Shown in pieces: positions 1-7,284 of a DNA stretch of 19,056 nucleotides. The translations under genes and the position numbers were made by a program. Source of the DNA: a virus (lineage: Duplodnaviria; Heunggongvirae; Uroviricota; Caudoviricetes); IMG/VR virus record IMGVR_UViG_2713896899_000019, positions 1 to 19,056 of that record. The stretch is one strand, 5' to 3'. The notes below the pieces were generated by a model. That model was not told where the DNA came from. It saw nothing but the letters and a program-made list of their open reading frames with translations, and searched no databases. How positions within the stretch are numbered: position 1 is the stretch's first letter; every line of letters starts with the position of its first letter.

Positions 1-1314
1 CTAACCCACTGATTTTAATAAGTCTCTTGTGTCACTTTGGTGACCATGGGACATCATTGGGACATAATCTGCCAGCTTCTGATTCAGCATTGCGATCTGT
101 TCTGCATTACTGTCAGTCATCCATGCTCCGTATACATTGAACACCATCTGGGCACTTGCATGGCCCATCTGGCTGGCAATGAAGCTTGGATTTGCTCCGG
201 CAGATAATGACCAGCACGCATAAGTGTGTCGTGACTGGTATGCTTTCCGGTGCCTGATGCCCGCACGCTTAATGGCTGTTTCCCATGAGTCGCCAATAGA
301 ATCTACCTTGTAGATAAAACCGACCTGTTTGCTTTTTCTAACCACCTGGGGGTTAAATACGAAAGTACATTCATGATTCACTGAACGCCCATATTCACGT
401 AGTTGAACCTTGATGTGGTGCTGCTTACCCAGTCTTGTCATTTCAGCCTGATTTTTCAGGACACTGATAGCGGGCTGGATAAGATGCACAACCCTGTTTG
501 TACTTGCTTCAGTTTTAGGTAGAGTGAACTCACCGAGTTTCGTATAATTGCGCCTGATAGTAATAGTTCCTGCTTTCAGATCGATATCTTCCCAGGCCAG
601 GGAGACCAGTTCACCGTGACGCATTCCTGTGTACACAGCCAATGACCACAGGTTTTTCGTCTGCTGATGTCGGCAAGCATCTATCAGGCGAATAAATTCG
701 TCACGAGTTAGCGGATCTGGCTCTGCCCTGGCTCTTTTAAGAGGCTTAATTCCCTGGAAAGGATTTGCTTCTAAGTAACCGTGATCTGCAGCAAACTGAA
801 ACATTCCTGCGATTGTCGTCATGTAATAATTTACAGTAACGACGCTCCGTCCTTTTGCTGCTGCTTTGTTTTTCGTTGAATTCTGATATCCGGTCAGCAA
901 ATCTTTCCTGATATACAGCAATTCCTCTTTAGTTACCGATGACACCAGTCTGCTGCCTCCAATTTTCGGAACCATCGTTCTTGCAACGGATTCATAGCGA
1001 TTGAATGCATTTGCAGAGATTTCCATTCGTTTCAGATCCAGCCACTTTTCTTCAAGTTCCTTCACCGTAATTTCTTTTTTACTTACCCCAAAAGCCTTGA
1101 GGTTAGGAGAGTCAGGGAACTGCGCAGCGTAATCAAAGTTTCCTGTACGAATAGCAAAACATACAGATGTCCGCAGCTCTCCGGCGATCTTCCTGTTCTT
1201 GGCAGTGTCAGGGACACCAAGATTTTCCCTGACACGTTTACCTTTAAAATTAAACCAGATGCGTAATGTGCCACCGTGGTTTTCGACGCCTGTTGGATAT
1301 TTGACTTTATCCAT
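1..1314 (-). CDS. int: Tyrosine recombinase / phage integrase (437 aa, complete; stop codon at window positions 1-3)
   Basis: Long ORF at the prophage edge. Tyrosine-recombinase catalytic signatures are visible in the C-terminal half (YTGMRHGEL, YQSRHTYA, GHASAQMVFNVYG with the terminal Tyr). The N-terminus looks like an arm-binding domain. A small xis-like gene follows on the same strand. Confidence 0.9.
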   Translation of the reverse strand: MDKVKYPTGVENHGGTLRIWFNFKGKRVRENLGVPDTAKNRKIAGELRTSVCFAIRTGNFDYAAQFPDSPNLKAFGVSKKEITVKELEEKWLDLKRMEISANAFNRYESVARTMVPKIGGSRLVSSVTKEELLYIRKDLLTGYQNSTKNKAAAKGRSVVTVNYYMTTIAGMFQFAADHGYLEANPFQGIKPLKRARAEPDPLTRDEFIRLIDACRHQQTKNLWSLAVYTGMRHGELVSLAWEDIDLKAGTITIRRNYTKLGEFTLPKTEASTNRVVHLIQPAISVLKNQAEMTRLGKQHHIKVQLREYGRSVNHECTFVFNPQVVRKSKQVGFIYKVDSIGDSWETAIKRAGIRHRKAYQSRHTYACWSLSAGANPSFIASQMGHASAQMVFNVYGAWMTDSNAEQIAMLNQKLADYVPMMSHGHQSDTRDLLKSVG

Positions 1315-1369
1315 TGATACCTCCAGACGCCCAAGAGCGATACGAGCTTACATACTTCATGGCATTAAA

Positions 1370-1606
1370 TCACCCAGGTTGTTTGTTTTTCATTGAAGCG
1401 ACCCAGGCATCTATTGCTTTTCTGTTATACATACATTCACTGGAAGGCTTTGGATTACCGTCTGGTGATACGTGAATATACTCTCTTCCAACCATCCAGC
1501 ATTCTTTCCGGGCCCGAAGAATTGTGCCTGGTTTGAGCCCGGTAATTGCGATTAGAACGCTTTCACAAACCCATTCATTGGGAGCCAGTTGAATCACATT
1601 GCCCAT
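1370..1606 (-). CDS. xis: Excisionase-like small DNA-binding protein (78 aa)
   Basis: Lies immediately upstream of int on the same strand. The size and the sequence (ITGLKPGTILRARKECWMVGREYIHV) fit the excisionase-like family as I remember it. The call rests on position plus that family resemblance. Confidence 0.7.
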   Translation of the reverse strand: MGNVIQLAPNEWVCESVLIAITGLKPGTILRARKECWMVGREYIHVSPDGNPKPSSECMYNRKAIDAWVASMKNKQPG

Positions 1607-1614
1607 GCATTACC

Positions 1615-1761
1615 TCACACAACACTCAGCCCACGGCAGTGGCACCACACTTCAAACATTCGTTTCACAATTTCACGACAGTAGAAACCGTCAACATCTC
1701 GTGTCAGGTCATAGCGATTGCCGTAACGCTGGTGGACCCATCGTTCAAATGCTTTATTCAT
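1615..1761 (-). CDS. Hypothetical small protein (48 aa, MNKAFERWVHQRYGNRYDLTRDVDGFYCREIVKRMFEVWCHCRGLSVV), below the ORF-track cutoff
   Basis: Hand translation of the minus strand. The ATG at 1761 is preceded by an AAGGAAG Shine-Dalgarno sequence and lies 4 nt from the stop of the upstream gene. The ORF fills an otherwise empty gap in a tightly packed operon. Confidence 0.35.
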   Translation of the reverse strand: MNKAFERWVHQRYGNRYDLTRDVDGFYCREIVKRMFEVWCHCRGLSVV

Positions 1762-1764
1762 TCT

Positions 1765-2007
1765 TTACTTCCTTTTCATGGCTCGTAATTTTTTCAGATG
1801 AGCTTCCTGCTCTGTTTCTGCCAGAATTTGTCGGTATTCCTGGTGATCGATCCGTTCAAACAGTTCATTAAAATCGTTTATTTTTACCGACTGTGTTCGC
1901 CCATCCATTCTTCTGTACAACACAGTGTTGTTTATGCAGCGAATAATTTTTATCGGGTAGCCAGCACTATCGGTGTATATCTGACCACGTTGAATCAGAG
2001 CGAACAT
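1765..2007 (-). CDS. Hypothetical early-left protein (80 aa)
   Basis: ORF co-oriented with and packed into the early-left operon, with an AAGGA Shine-Dalgarno sequence upstream of the ATG. I am not certain of any family assignment. Confidence 0.55.
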   Translation of the reverse strand: MFALIQRGQIYTDSAGYPIKIIRCINNTVLYRRMDGRTQSVKINDFNELFERIDHQEYRQILAETEQEAHLKKLRAMKRK

Positions 2008-2011
2008 TCCT

Positions 2012-2098
2012 TTATCCCCAGCGGAAAAGCGAATACAGAATAAATGCCACCGCTATTGCAACTCCTACTGCGGTGAATGCTTCAGGCCAATTCATCAT
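2012..2098 (-). CDS. Candidate 28-aa single-pass membrane peptide (MMNWPEAFTAVGVAIAVAFILYSLFRWG)
   Basis: Hand translation. The ATG overlaps the TGA of the upstream 151-aa gene (ATGATGA arrangement). The core is hydrophobic, and the ORF ends 5 nt before the next gene's start. Confidence 0.3.
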   Translation of the reverse strand: MMNWPEAFTAVGVAIAVAFILYSLFRWG

Positions 2099-2550
2099 TT
2101 CACCTCCACGCCGATCCCGGCAATAACACAATCCCGTTTAATAGCTTCTTTCACCCAGCGTTTATAGGTTGCCGGATGGAATTTTGCGTTTTTTCCGGTA
2201 CCGCTCCAGAATGCCTTTGATGTGATATCGGGCAGGGTGATAGTCAGGCCTTTCTTCTTGCTGCTTTCAGAACTTTTGCAAAAAGTTAATGCGTCGCGTA
2301 GTTCTTTAACGCACGCATAGTTTTCTGCTTTCTCTGGATCGCCGGTACGGTGTTCAGCTTCTTGTCTGCACCATTTGAGGACTTTCTCAGCGGCTGCGTG
2401 GAGACGCTGACGTTGCCAGTCGTATGTGTCGACCAGCCCATATGCGTGATCCTTTGCTTTGCTTAATTCAGCTACGAGGCATTCGGAATCAATCAGATTA
2501 TTTTCCGCAGCGGAAAGTGCTTGTTTCAGTCGCTCGATTTCTTCAGCCAT
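2095..2550 (-). CDS. Ea22/Ead-like early protein with a coiled-coil N-terminus (151 aa)
   Basis: The N-terminal heptad-like sequence (MAEEIERLKQALSAAENNL...) and the position in the early-left b-region analogue resemble ead/Ea22-like prophage proteins as I recall them. Confidence 0.6.
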   Translation of the reverse strand: MAEEIERLKQALSAAENNLIDSECLVAELSKAKDHAYGLVDTYDWQRQRLHAAAEKVLKWCRQEAEHRTGDPEKAENYACVKELRDALTFCKSSESSKKKGLTITLPDITSKAFWSGTGKNAKFHPATYKRWVKEAIKRDCVIAGIGVEVK

Positions 2551-2568
2551 GTAATAGCCTGTTTTACT

Positions 2569-2724
2569 CTAGGTATCGACATCATCGTCACTCATATCCA
2601 GTTCCATCGACGCCATCAGAACGGCGTCGTGATAGTTCTGGCTACCGCAGGTGATTGTAACGGCGTAGGAGTCACTATTTTCTCGCTTATGGATAAGTAC
2701 AACTGGGTTTTTGATCTTGCCCAC
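2569..2724 (-). CDS. Hypothetical small acidic-tailed protein (51 aa, GTG start; VGKIKNPVVLIHKRENSDSYAVTITCGSQNYHDAVLMASMELDMSDDDVDT)
   Basis: Hand translation. GAGGTG lies just upstream of the GTG start, and the ORF fills a gap in the operon. The alternative start codon lowers confidence. Confidence 0.3.
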   Translation of the reverse strand: MGKIKNPVVLIHKRENSDSYAVTITCGSQNYHDAVLMASMELDMSDDDVDT

Positions 2725-2732
2725 CCCGCACC

Positions 2733-2828
2733 TCAGTAATTCATTAAAAATTTATATTCAATCAGCGTACCGAAAACGACGGACGCCAGCAGCAGACTAA
2801 ACAGTATGGACAGGAGGAATGACTTCAT
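2733..2828 (-). CDS. Candidate 31-aa membrane peptide (MKSFLLSILFSLLLASVVFGTLIEYKFLMNY)
   Basis: Hand translation. There is an ATGA start/stop overlap with the upstream 73-aa gene. The N-terminal stretch is strongly hydrophobic and signal/TM-like. Confidence 0.35.
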   Translation of the reverse strand: MKSFLLSILFSLLLASVVFGTLIEYKFLMNY

Positions 2829-3049
2829 CACTTTGCCTCCCGCTGTACGATTTTGTAGGCGCGCAGGATGTCGCGTGTTTTTCCTGACAACGATGACTTA
2901 ACCCAGAAAAAGCCGCTGCGGTTTTCAGAGATCCCCTGTACATTAAACAGCACCGCATCAACAACGCGGTTATGCTTTTGCAATGTCAGGCAGGAACTGG
3001 TGATCACGATGTTCGCTACGGCGCCATAGTCCTGGTATTGGATTTTCAT
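2828..3049 (-). CDS. Hypothetical protein (73 aa)
   Basis: ORF in the operon. Its start abuts the stop of the upstream gene (TAAATG junction at 3047-3052). Confidence 0.55.
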   Translation of the reverse strand: MKIQYQDYGAVANIVITSSCLTLQKHNRVVDAVLFNVQGISENRSGFFWVKSSLSGKTRDILRAYKIVQREAK

Positions 3050-3388
3050 TTACATGTTCCCCATAACGGTATCGCTCATGTCGTTGACCATGCTCTGCCA
3101 GATTTCTTTGCCGCTTTGCGTCAGCTCGTTTCCACGAACGCATTTGCTTAACAGTTGAATACCAACGGCTTCCCATTGGGGGTAATTTTCTTTGATAGCC
3201 TTCAGAGCATAACCATCGATTAAGTCCCTGATGCCTTTAACCCCACCGATGATGTTTACTCGTATGGATTGCCCATTGACATTAATCAGGAAATGACCAC
3301 CGCTGGTGGCGGATATGTGGTTGTGCAGTGCCGCCGCATACTGATTTGCCAGCGCATTGAGGCGGAAATTTTGTGTAATGAGTGACAT
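3050..3388 (-). CDS. Hypothetical protein (112 aa)
   Basis: ORF with a TAATG stop/start overlap with the upstream 248-aa gene. No family recognised. Confidence 0.6.
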   Translation of the reverse strand: MSLITQNFRLNALANQYAAALHNHISATSGGHFLINVNGQSIRVNIIGGVKGIRDLIDGYALKAIKENYPQWEAVGIQLLSKCVRGNELTQSGKEIWQSMVNDMSDTVMGNM

Positions 3389-4134
3389 TATTTACCCTCC
3401 CAACCAATCACCTGAAACAGCCCCATCTTCGGGTGATACCAGCGGGTACCACGTGGCTCTGCCTCTGACATCATCTGATGAAATGCTTTCATGAATGGCT
3501 CCAGCTCCACGATAGCCCGGCGCGAAAGAAGACCATCTGGTGTCATAAATTCGTGCGTATCGGTTGGGATGCTGTAGGCATTGACCAGATTGCGGCACTT
3601 AGCATCAGTCATTCCGCTTTTGGCGACCACCTGGCGATAACCGACATATCCGGCGCGCATATTTCCGCGTTTGATGGTTTCCACCGCTTCTGTGACTGTT
3701 TCGAGCTGTTCTTCCACATGATTCAGGCGCTTCTGTTGACGAACAGCGTCGGCGGCTATCGCAGCGATCATCTCGATTTCCGTTAGCGGTGTGCGAGTGC
3801 GGAAGTAGCTGTTAACCAGTTCGCGCTGAACCTGCCAGGCAAGGGCGTCATTGAATGGCTTCGTCAACATCAGGTAACCTGATTCAAAAAGTACAATCCC
3901 TGATGGTGCAAATTTAGAGAATGTTCCTTCCGGGAGGTCCGTACGTATTACGTCCGCACCTAATTCGGCATAATCCACACCGCTGATGAAATGCTCACGG
4001 TTTCGGTTGAATGCTGCACGCGCTGTTCCTTCCGGTCGCTGGTGGACTTCATCAATCATCGCCAGCGTCACAACACGCTGACCGCGATATTCGACTGCCG
4101 GAAGCTGTTTGTTATTGATCGTTACTATGTTCAT
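3388..4134 (-). CDS. KilA-N/ORF6N-type DNA-binding protein, antirepressor-like (248 aa)
   Basis: The N-terminus (NNKQLPAVEYRGQRVVTLAMIDEVHQRPEGTARAAFNRNREHFISGVDYAEL) matches the ORF6N/KilA-N pattern. A central coiled segment is followed by a C-terminal domain, as in phage antirepressor-like proteins. Confidence 0.7.
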   Translation of the reverse strand: MNIVTINNKQLPAVEYRGQRVVTLAMIDEVHQRPEGTARAAFNRNREHFISGVDYAELGADVIRTDLPEGTFSKFAPSGIVLFESGYLMLTKPFNDALAWQVQRELVNSYFRTRTPLTEIEMIAAIAADAVRQQKRLNHVEEQLETVTEAVETIKRGNMRAGYVGYRQVVAKSGMTDAKCRNLVNAYSIPTDTHEFMTPDGLLSRRAIVELEPFMKAFHQMMSEAEPRGTRWYHPKMGLFQVIGWEGK

Positions 4135-4145
4135 TTTCGTCCACC

Positions 4146-4727
4146 TCAGTGCATAACCGGCATGTCTGGCATACCGTCTTTCTGAATCAGTTCAATGAAG
4201 CTGTCATGTAGTATGTTGAGTCCCTCCCGGCCCATCGCTGACAGCCTGAATCCGCATTTCTCGTCAGTTACAACCATGTCCTGATACATACGCAGCGCCA
4301 TCTGCTGGCCAACGTCAGGCCCGTATTTTTCAATTGCGCCCGCCTCGATATGGTTAGCGAGCGCGAAGCGCTCAGACCATGGATAAATGCTGATTGAACC
4401 GGGTTTTCCTGTGTATACAACGGCTGTATCTACGCCGCCCTTGTCATTCTGAACATCGACAGTCCCGTTCTTCTCCTGCTCCTCAGCAATGAACACGGCG
4501 ACAACAAGCCAGCGCCATAGGATGATTTGTTTTTCAATACACGGCATAAACCAGCCGCTTTCAATCCCTTCCATAATGCAAGCTATCAGATCGAGCCCGT
4601 CCGGAATTCGTTTGTCATAGTTACCGTTGTCGATCTGGCGAACCGCAGTTGAATAACCAATAATTCGATTACCAAAACGGATGCCTGTTAATGTAGGTTC
4701 AGGGGTAATGGTTGAATTAATCATCAA
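4146..4727 (-). CDS. Hypothetical protein (193 aa)
   Basis: Long ORF with an AAGGAGAG Shine-Dalgarno sequence upstream of the ATG, co-oriented with the operon. No family recognised. Confidence 0.65.
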   Translation of the reverse strand: MMINSTITPEPTLTGIRFGNRIIGYSTAVRQIDNGNYDKRIPDGLDLIACIMEGIESGWFMPCIEKQIILWRWLVVAVFIAEEQEKNGTVDVQNDKGGVDTAVVYTGKPGSISIYPWSERFALANHIEAGAIEKYGPDVGQQMALRMYQDMVVTDEKCGFRLSAMGREGLNILHDSFIELIQKDGMPDMPVMH

Positions 4728-4757
4728 TACTCTCCTTTTGGTTTGAAGGTTTATTGT

Positions 4758-4979
4758 TCATTTCCGGTCCTTAACTTTGCTGTATCGTTCATGGCTCATT
4801 ACTTCCCAGTTCTGGCCGCCGTCTCGGGACAGCAGCCGCCAGCGGCGATTAACCCTCAGACTCAGGTTTCCGGAGCCGTGCATACGACAGGGATGAATTC
4901 GTCTGGCTCTGAACTGGCGGAGAACACGGACCGCCTGCAGGTGCACCCACTCAGGAATTCGTATTGCTGTTAATGTCAC
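4758..4979 (-). CDS. Hypothetical Arg-rich small protein (up to 73 aa; the true start may be internal)
   Basis: A minus-strand ORF is preferred over the overlapping plus-strand ORF (4743-4973) because every neighbour is on the minus strand. The 29-nt overlap with the upstream gene suggests a later start codon. Confidence 0.4.
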   Translation of the reverse strand: MTLTAIRIPEWVHLQAVRVLRQFRARRIHPCRMHGSGNLSLRVNRRWRLLSRDGGQNWEVMSHERYSKVKDRK

Positions 4980-5160
4980 CGATTTCCTCCAGATCAGGAG
5001 CGATTACCTGATATCCCGCTTTCTTTGCTATCCATAAGAAGGTATCCATGCTGGCAATCATCTCGTTATTGTGAACTTTACGGGTATTTATTACCTGACC
5101 ATTTTCAATCGTCATAATGATCTGTACTTTTTCGTGTATAAGAGGGGATAAATCAGACAT
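4951..5160 (-). CDS. Hypothetical protein (69 aa)
   Basis: ORF with a TGATG stop/start overlap with the upstream 119-aa gene. Confidence 0.55.
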   Translation of the reverse strand: MSDLSPLIHEKVQIIMTIENGQVINTRKVHNNEMIASMDTFLWIAKKAGYQVIAPDLEEIGDINSNTNS

Positions 5161-5519
5161 CAGTTAATTCCTCCACTGATATATTTCTCTTTTACGTAGT
5201 CAACAACCTCTTTTAAAAGGCCGTCCACTATCAGTTTCCCTGATTCAGTGAGATATTCCGTGTGTTGATTAATACCGATGGCATTCTGGTATGCGGTACG
5301 GATTGTTGCTTCTCCTTCCGTCCGTCCATATTCAACACGGGTAAGACCCTCAAATCGTAATAACAACTGGTTCATGAACTGTTCAGTTATTTCTATCGTT
5401 GTTATTTCTCCGTCCGGGAGGTCAACGACGAGCAGATTACTACCTGTTTTACGTTGCATCCGCCGGAGTGCCGCTGTTACCATGCGGCGACGATCTTTAT
5501 AAATGGTTGTACATGCCAT
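5160..5519 (-). CDS. Hypothetical protein (119 aa)
   Basis: ORF in the operon. No family recognised. Confidence 0.6.
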   Translation of the reverse strand: MACTTIYKDRRRMVTAALRRMQRKTGSNLLVVDLPDGEITTIEITEQFMNQLLLRFEGLTRVEYGRTEGEATIRTAYQNAIGINQHTEYLTESGKLIVDGLLKEVVDYVKEKYISGGIN

Positions 5520-5522
5520 TTG

Positions 5523-5621
5523 TTATTTCCCGTATGCTTTTCTGAGAAACAGTATTGCAACTGACCAGTATCCTGCATTAGCCATTAATAATGCGGTTTT
5601 ATAAGCGTTTCTATTTTTCAT
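5523..5621 (-). CDS. Candidate 32-aa membrane peptide (MKNRNAYKTALLMANAGYWSVAILFLRKAYGK)
   Basis: Hand translation. The ORF ends 3 nt before the start of the 119-aa gene and has a basic-hydrophobic-basic layout. Confidence 0.3.
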   Translation of the reverse strand: MKNRNAYKTALLMANAGYWSVAILFLRKAYGK

Positions 5622-5703
5622 GCATCACCATTATTTTCTGGTTGTGGAAATCCACGACCAGAGGCCGTCATGTTTTTATGTGTGATTTTTTACTGAATGT
5701 TCT

Positions 5704-5895
5704 TTATTCGTTGCGTAGTGTTTCTATATACTCGTAAGCCATTTCACAGGTCTTATTCATGGAGCGAATGAGACAGCATAAATAATCGTCTGTCTCTCCT
5801 TGGTCGGGCGAATTCTTAAATATAAATTCAAGCATTGATGTATTCTCTTTTATTTGTGCCGCCACTTCCTCAAGAATATTTAATGGAGTTATCAT
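5704..5895 (-). CDS. Hypothetical small acidic helical protein (63 aa)
   Basis: ORF with a 4-nt overlap with the upstream gene. It is the third gene of the PL-proximal trio. Confidence 0.5.
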   Translation of the reverse strand: MITPLNILEEVAAQIKENTSMLEFIFKNSPDQGETDDYLCCLIRSMNKTCEMAYEYIETLRNE

Positions 5896-6083
5896 GTTCT
5901 TTGCTCCTTAAATGCATCGCATGCGCTTCTGGCGTATTGTTGTGCCAGTAAAAAGATATCATCCGAAAGTTCATCACATTCTTCATCACCGGAAGCCGAA
6001 ATGATTAACCCCGCTTCAAGCAGTACGGCAATGTGATGAAAAGCTGTCTCCGGTTCGTTGGTAAGGCCTTTGAACATTTTCAT
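5892..6083 (-). CDS. Hypothetical small acidic protein (63 aa from MKMFKGL; the ORF track extends it to 6116)
   Basis: I prefer the ATG at 6083. It lies 1 nt after the TAA of the upstream gene and 10 nt downstream of AGGAGG. The longer version would overlap the upstream gene by 32 nt. Confidence 0.5.
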   Translation of the reverse strand: MKMFKGLTNEPETAFHHIAVLLEAGLIISASGDEECDELSDDIFLLAQQYARSACDAFKEQRT

Positions 6084-6084
6084 C

Positions 6085-6501
6085 TTATGCTTCCTCCTGA
6101 TTTTGTTTATAAGCATCAGTCAATAACAACATTGGATCACAGCCAAGAACATTAGCCAGAGGGATAAGCATGCTGATGGTTGGTTCGTACTCTCCGCTTT
6201 CCCACTGGATGATGATTTCTTCATCGAGGTCGAGCAGTCTGGCGAGTTCGGCTGTTGTTAAGCCGCAGTCTTCGCGTTGGGTACGAAGACGGTTGTTGAT
6301 TGCAGAATTTTTGTTCTGTAAAAGCATTGCTGACGATAGCTTTCTGGATATGCTATTTGTCATATCCCATGCCAGTCCTGCGCATGACTCTATATCGCTA
6401 GAGAGCGTAGCATCTGGTGTTGCTTTTGCTATTAGTGTAATGAGGCTGCCGAGGTTTTTCAGTTCTTCGAGACAGTCAAGAGTTGTAGCTTTATTGATCA
6501 T
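6085..6501 (-). CDS. Two-domain protein with an unknown helical N-terminus and a C-terminal XRE-family helix-turn-helix (138 aa); first gene of the PL operon
   Basis: The C-terminal sequence (LRTQREDCGLTTAELARLLDLDEEIIIQWESGEYEPTISMLIPLANVLGCDPMLLL) is a textbook XRE HTH. The start lies about 25-30 nt downstream of the predicted PL transcription start. Confidence 0.65.
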   Translation of the reverse strand: MINKATTLDCLEELKNLGSLITLIAKATPDATLSSDIESCAGLAWDMTNSISRKLSSAMLLQNKNSAINNRLRTQREDCGLTTAELARLLDLDEEIIIQWESGEYEPTISMLIPLANVLGCDPMLLLTDAYKQNQEEA

Positions 6502-6505
6502 GAGA

Positions 6506-6584
6506 TGATACCTCAGTTACGAACTTTGCTTCATGGTAACTAAGGTATCAAGGTGTGGCAAGTGATTTTTGATACTTTGGTTTC
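6506..6584 (-). promoter_or_regulatory. OL/PL: leftward early promoter overlapped by three copies of a TGATAC-N4-GTTAC operator
   Basis: On the minus strand the -35 is TTGCCA (6556-6561), followed by a 17-nt spacer and a -10 TACCAT (6533-6538). The operator-like 15-mers are tgatacctcagttac at 6506-6520, its near-identical copy in inverted orientation at 6536-6550 (between -35 and -10), and tgatactttggtttc at 6570-6584. Confidence 0.55.
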
Positions 6585-6604
6585 TTTTTGTGTTTTGTGT
6601 CTGG

Positions 6605-7261
6605 TCAGAAAATATCCCACCTGGCATCAACCACAACACCTACTATTTCGCAATCATTGTCCATTTCTATGATTGGATATTGTGGATTAAGGGGCTTTAG
6701 AAACGCCTTTCCCATTTCAGAAATATATTTTTTGAATGTTGCTTCATTGGTAGATTTTTTTCTGGCGATGACGTAACACCCTGAAAAAACTTCTTTATCT
6801 GGGTTGACAAGGATCGACATTCCTTCAGGAAATGTTATTCCTACGGGCGAAGTCATTGAGTCTCCGTGCACTTCCAGCCAGAACCCCCTCTCTCCAGCGT
6901 ATTTTACAGAATGCCTCCAATTATCCTGATCATACATGTTGTAGTCATCACCAGCAGTTGCGAATAATCCTGCCTGAACCCAGTTAATTACAGGGTAAGA
7001 GTGTGCTGTGTCTCTCTGTGGGCAGCTCTTAACATTATTTTCCCAATGCTTATCTTTTTCATCTCCGTTCTGAAGCCACTGCGGTGAACACTGCAGTGCA
7101 GCTGCGACTTTAAAAAGGGTGTCACCGTTGAAACTTTTTGTAAGGCCTTGCTCGGCTTTACTGATTGCAACTCTGGTGACCCCTGCTTTTTTAGCCAACG
7201 CATCTTGCGTTAACCCAGCTTTTTGTCGTGCGTTGATGAGGCGTTCACCTAAAGATTTCAT
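6605..7261 (-). CDS. cI: CI-type prophage repressor: N-terminal XRE HTH plus C-terminal S24/LexA-like autopeptidase (218 aa from MKSLGERL)
   Basis: The HTH is QKAGLTQDALAKKAGVTRVAISKAEQG. The C-terminal GDSM Ser motif and a downstream Lys (TFKKY) are typical of the S24 family. The gene is divergent from a cro-like gene. I prefer the ATG at 7261 (AAGGAG 8 nt upstream) over the 243-aa ORF-track start at 7336, which would run through the operators. Confidence 0.85.
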   Translation of the reverse strand: MKSLGERLINARQKAGLTQDALAKKAGVTRVAISKAEQGLTKSFNGDTLFKVAAALQCSPQWLQNGDEKDKHWENNVKSCPQRDTAHSYPVINWVQAGLFATAGDDYNMYDQDNWRHSVKYAGERGFWLEVHGDSMTSPVGITFPEGMSILVNPDKEVFSGCYVIARKKSTNEATFKKYISEMGKAFLKPLNPQYPIIEMDNDCEIVGVVVDARWDIF

Positions 7262-7284
7262 TTTTCTTCTCCTTTCATGGCTGC

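Noticed and set aside
1-60. The attachment site (attL) next to int
   Set aside because: The window starts at the int stop codon, so any att core lies outside it. Nothing can be called.
4743-4973. A 76-aa plus-strand ORF opposite the 73-aa minus-strand ORF
   Set aside because: It would be the only plus-strand gene in an 6.5-kb minus-strand operon and has no promoter or Shine-Dalgarno sequence. Neither reading is strong, so the minus-strand call is itself given low confidence.
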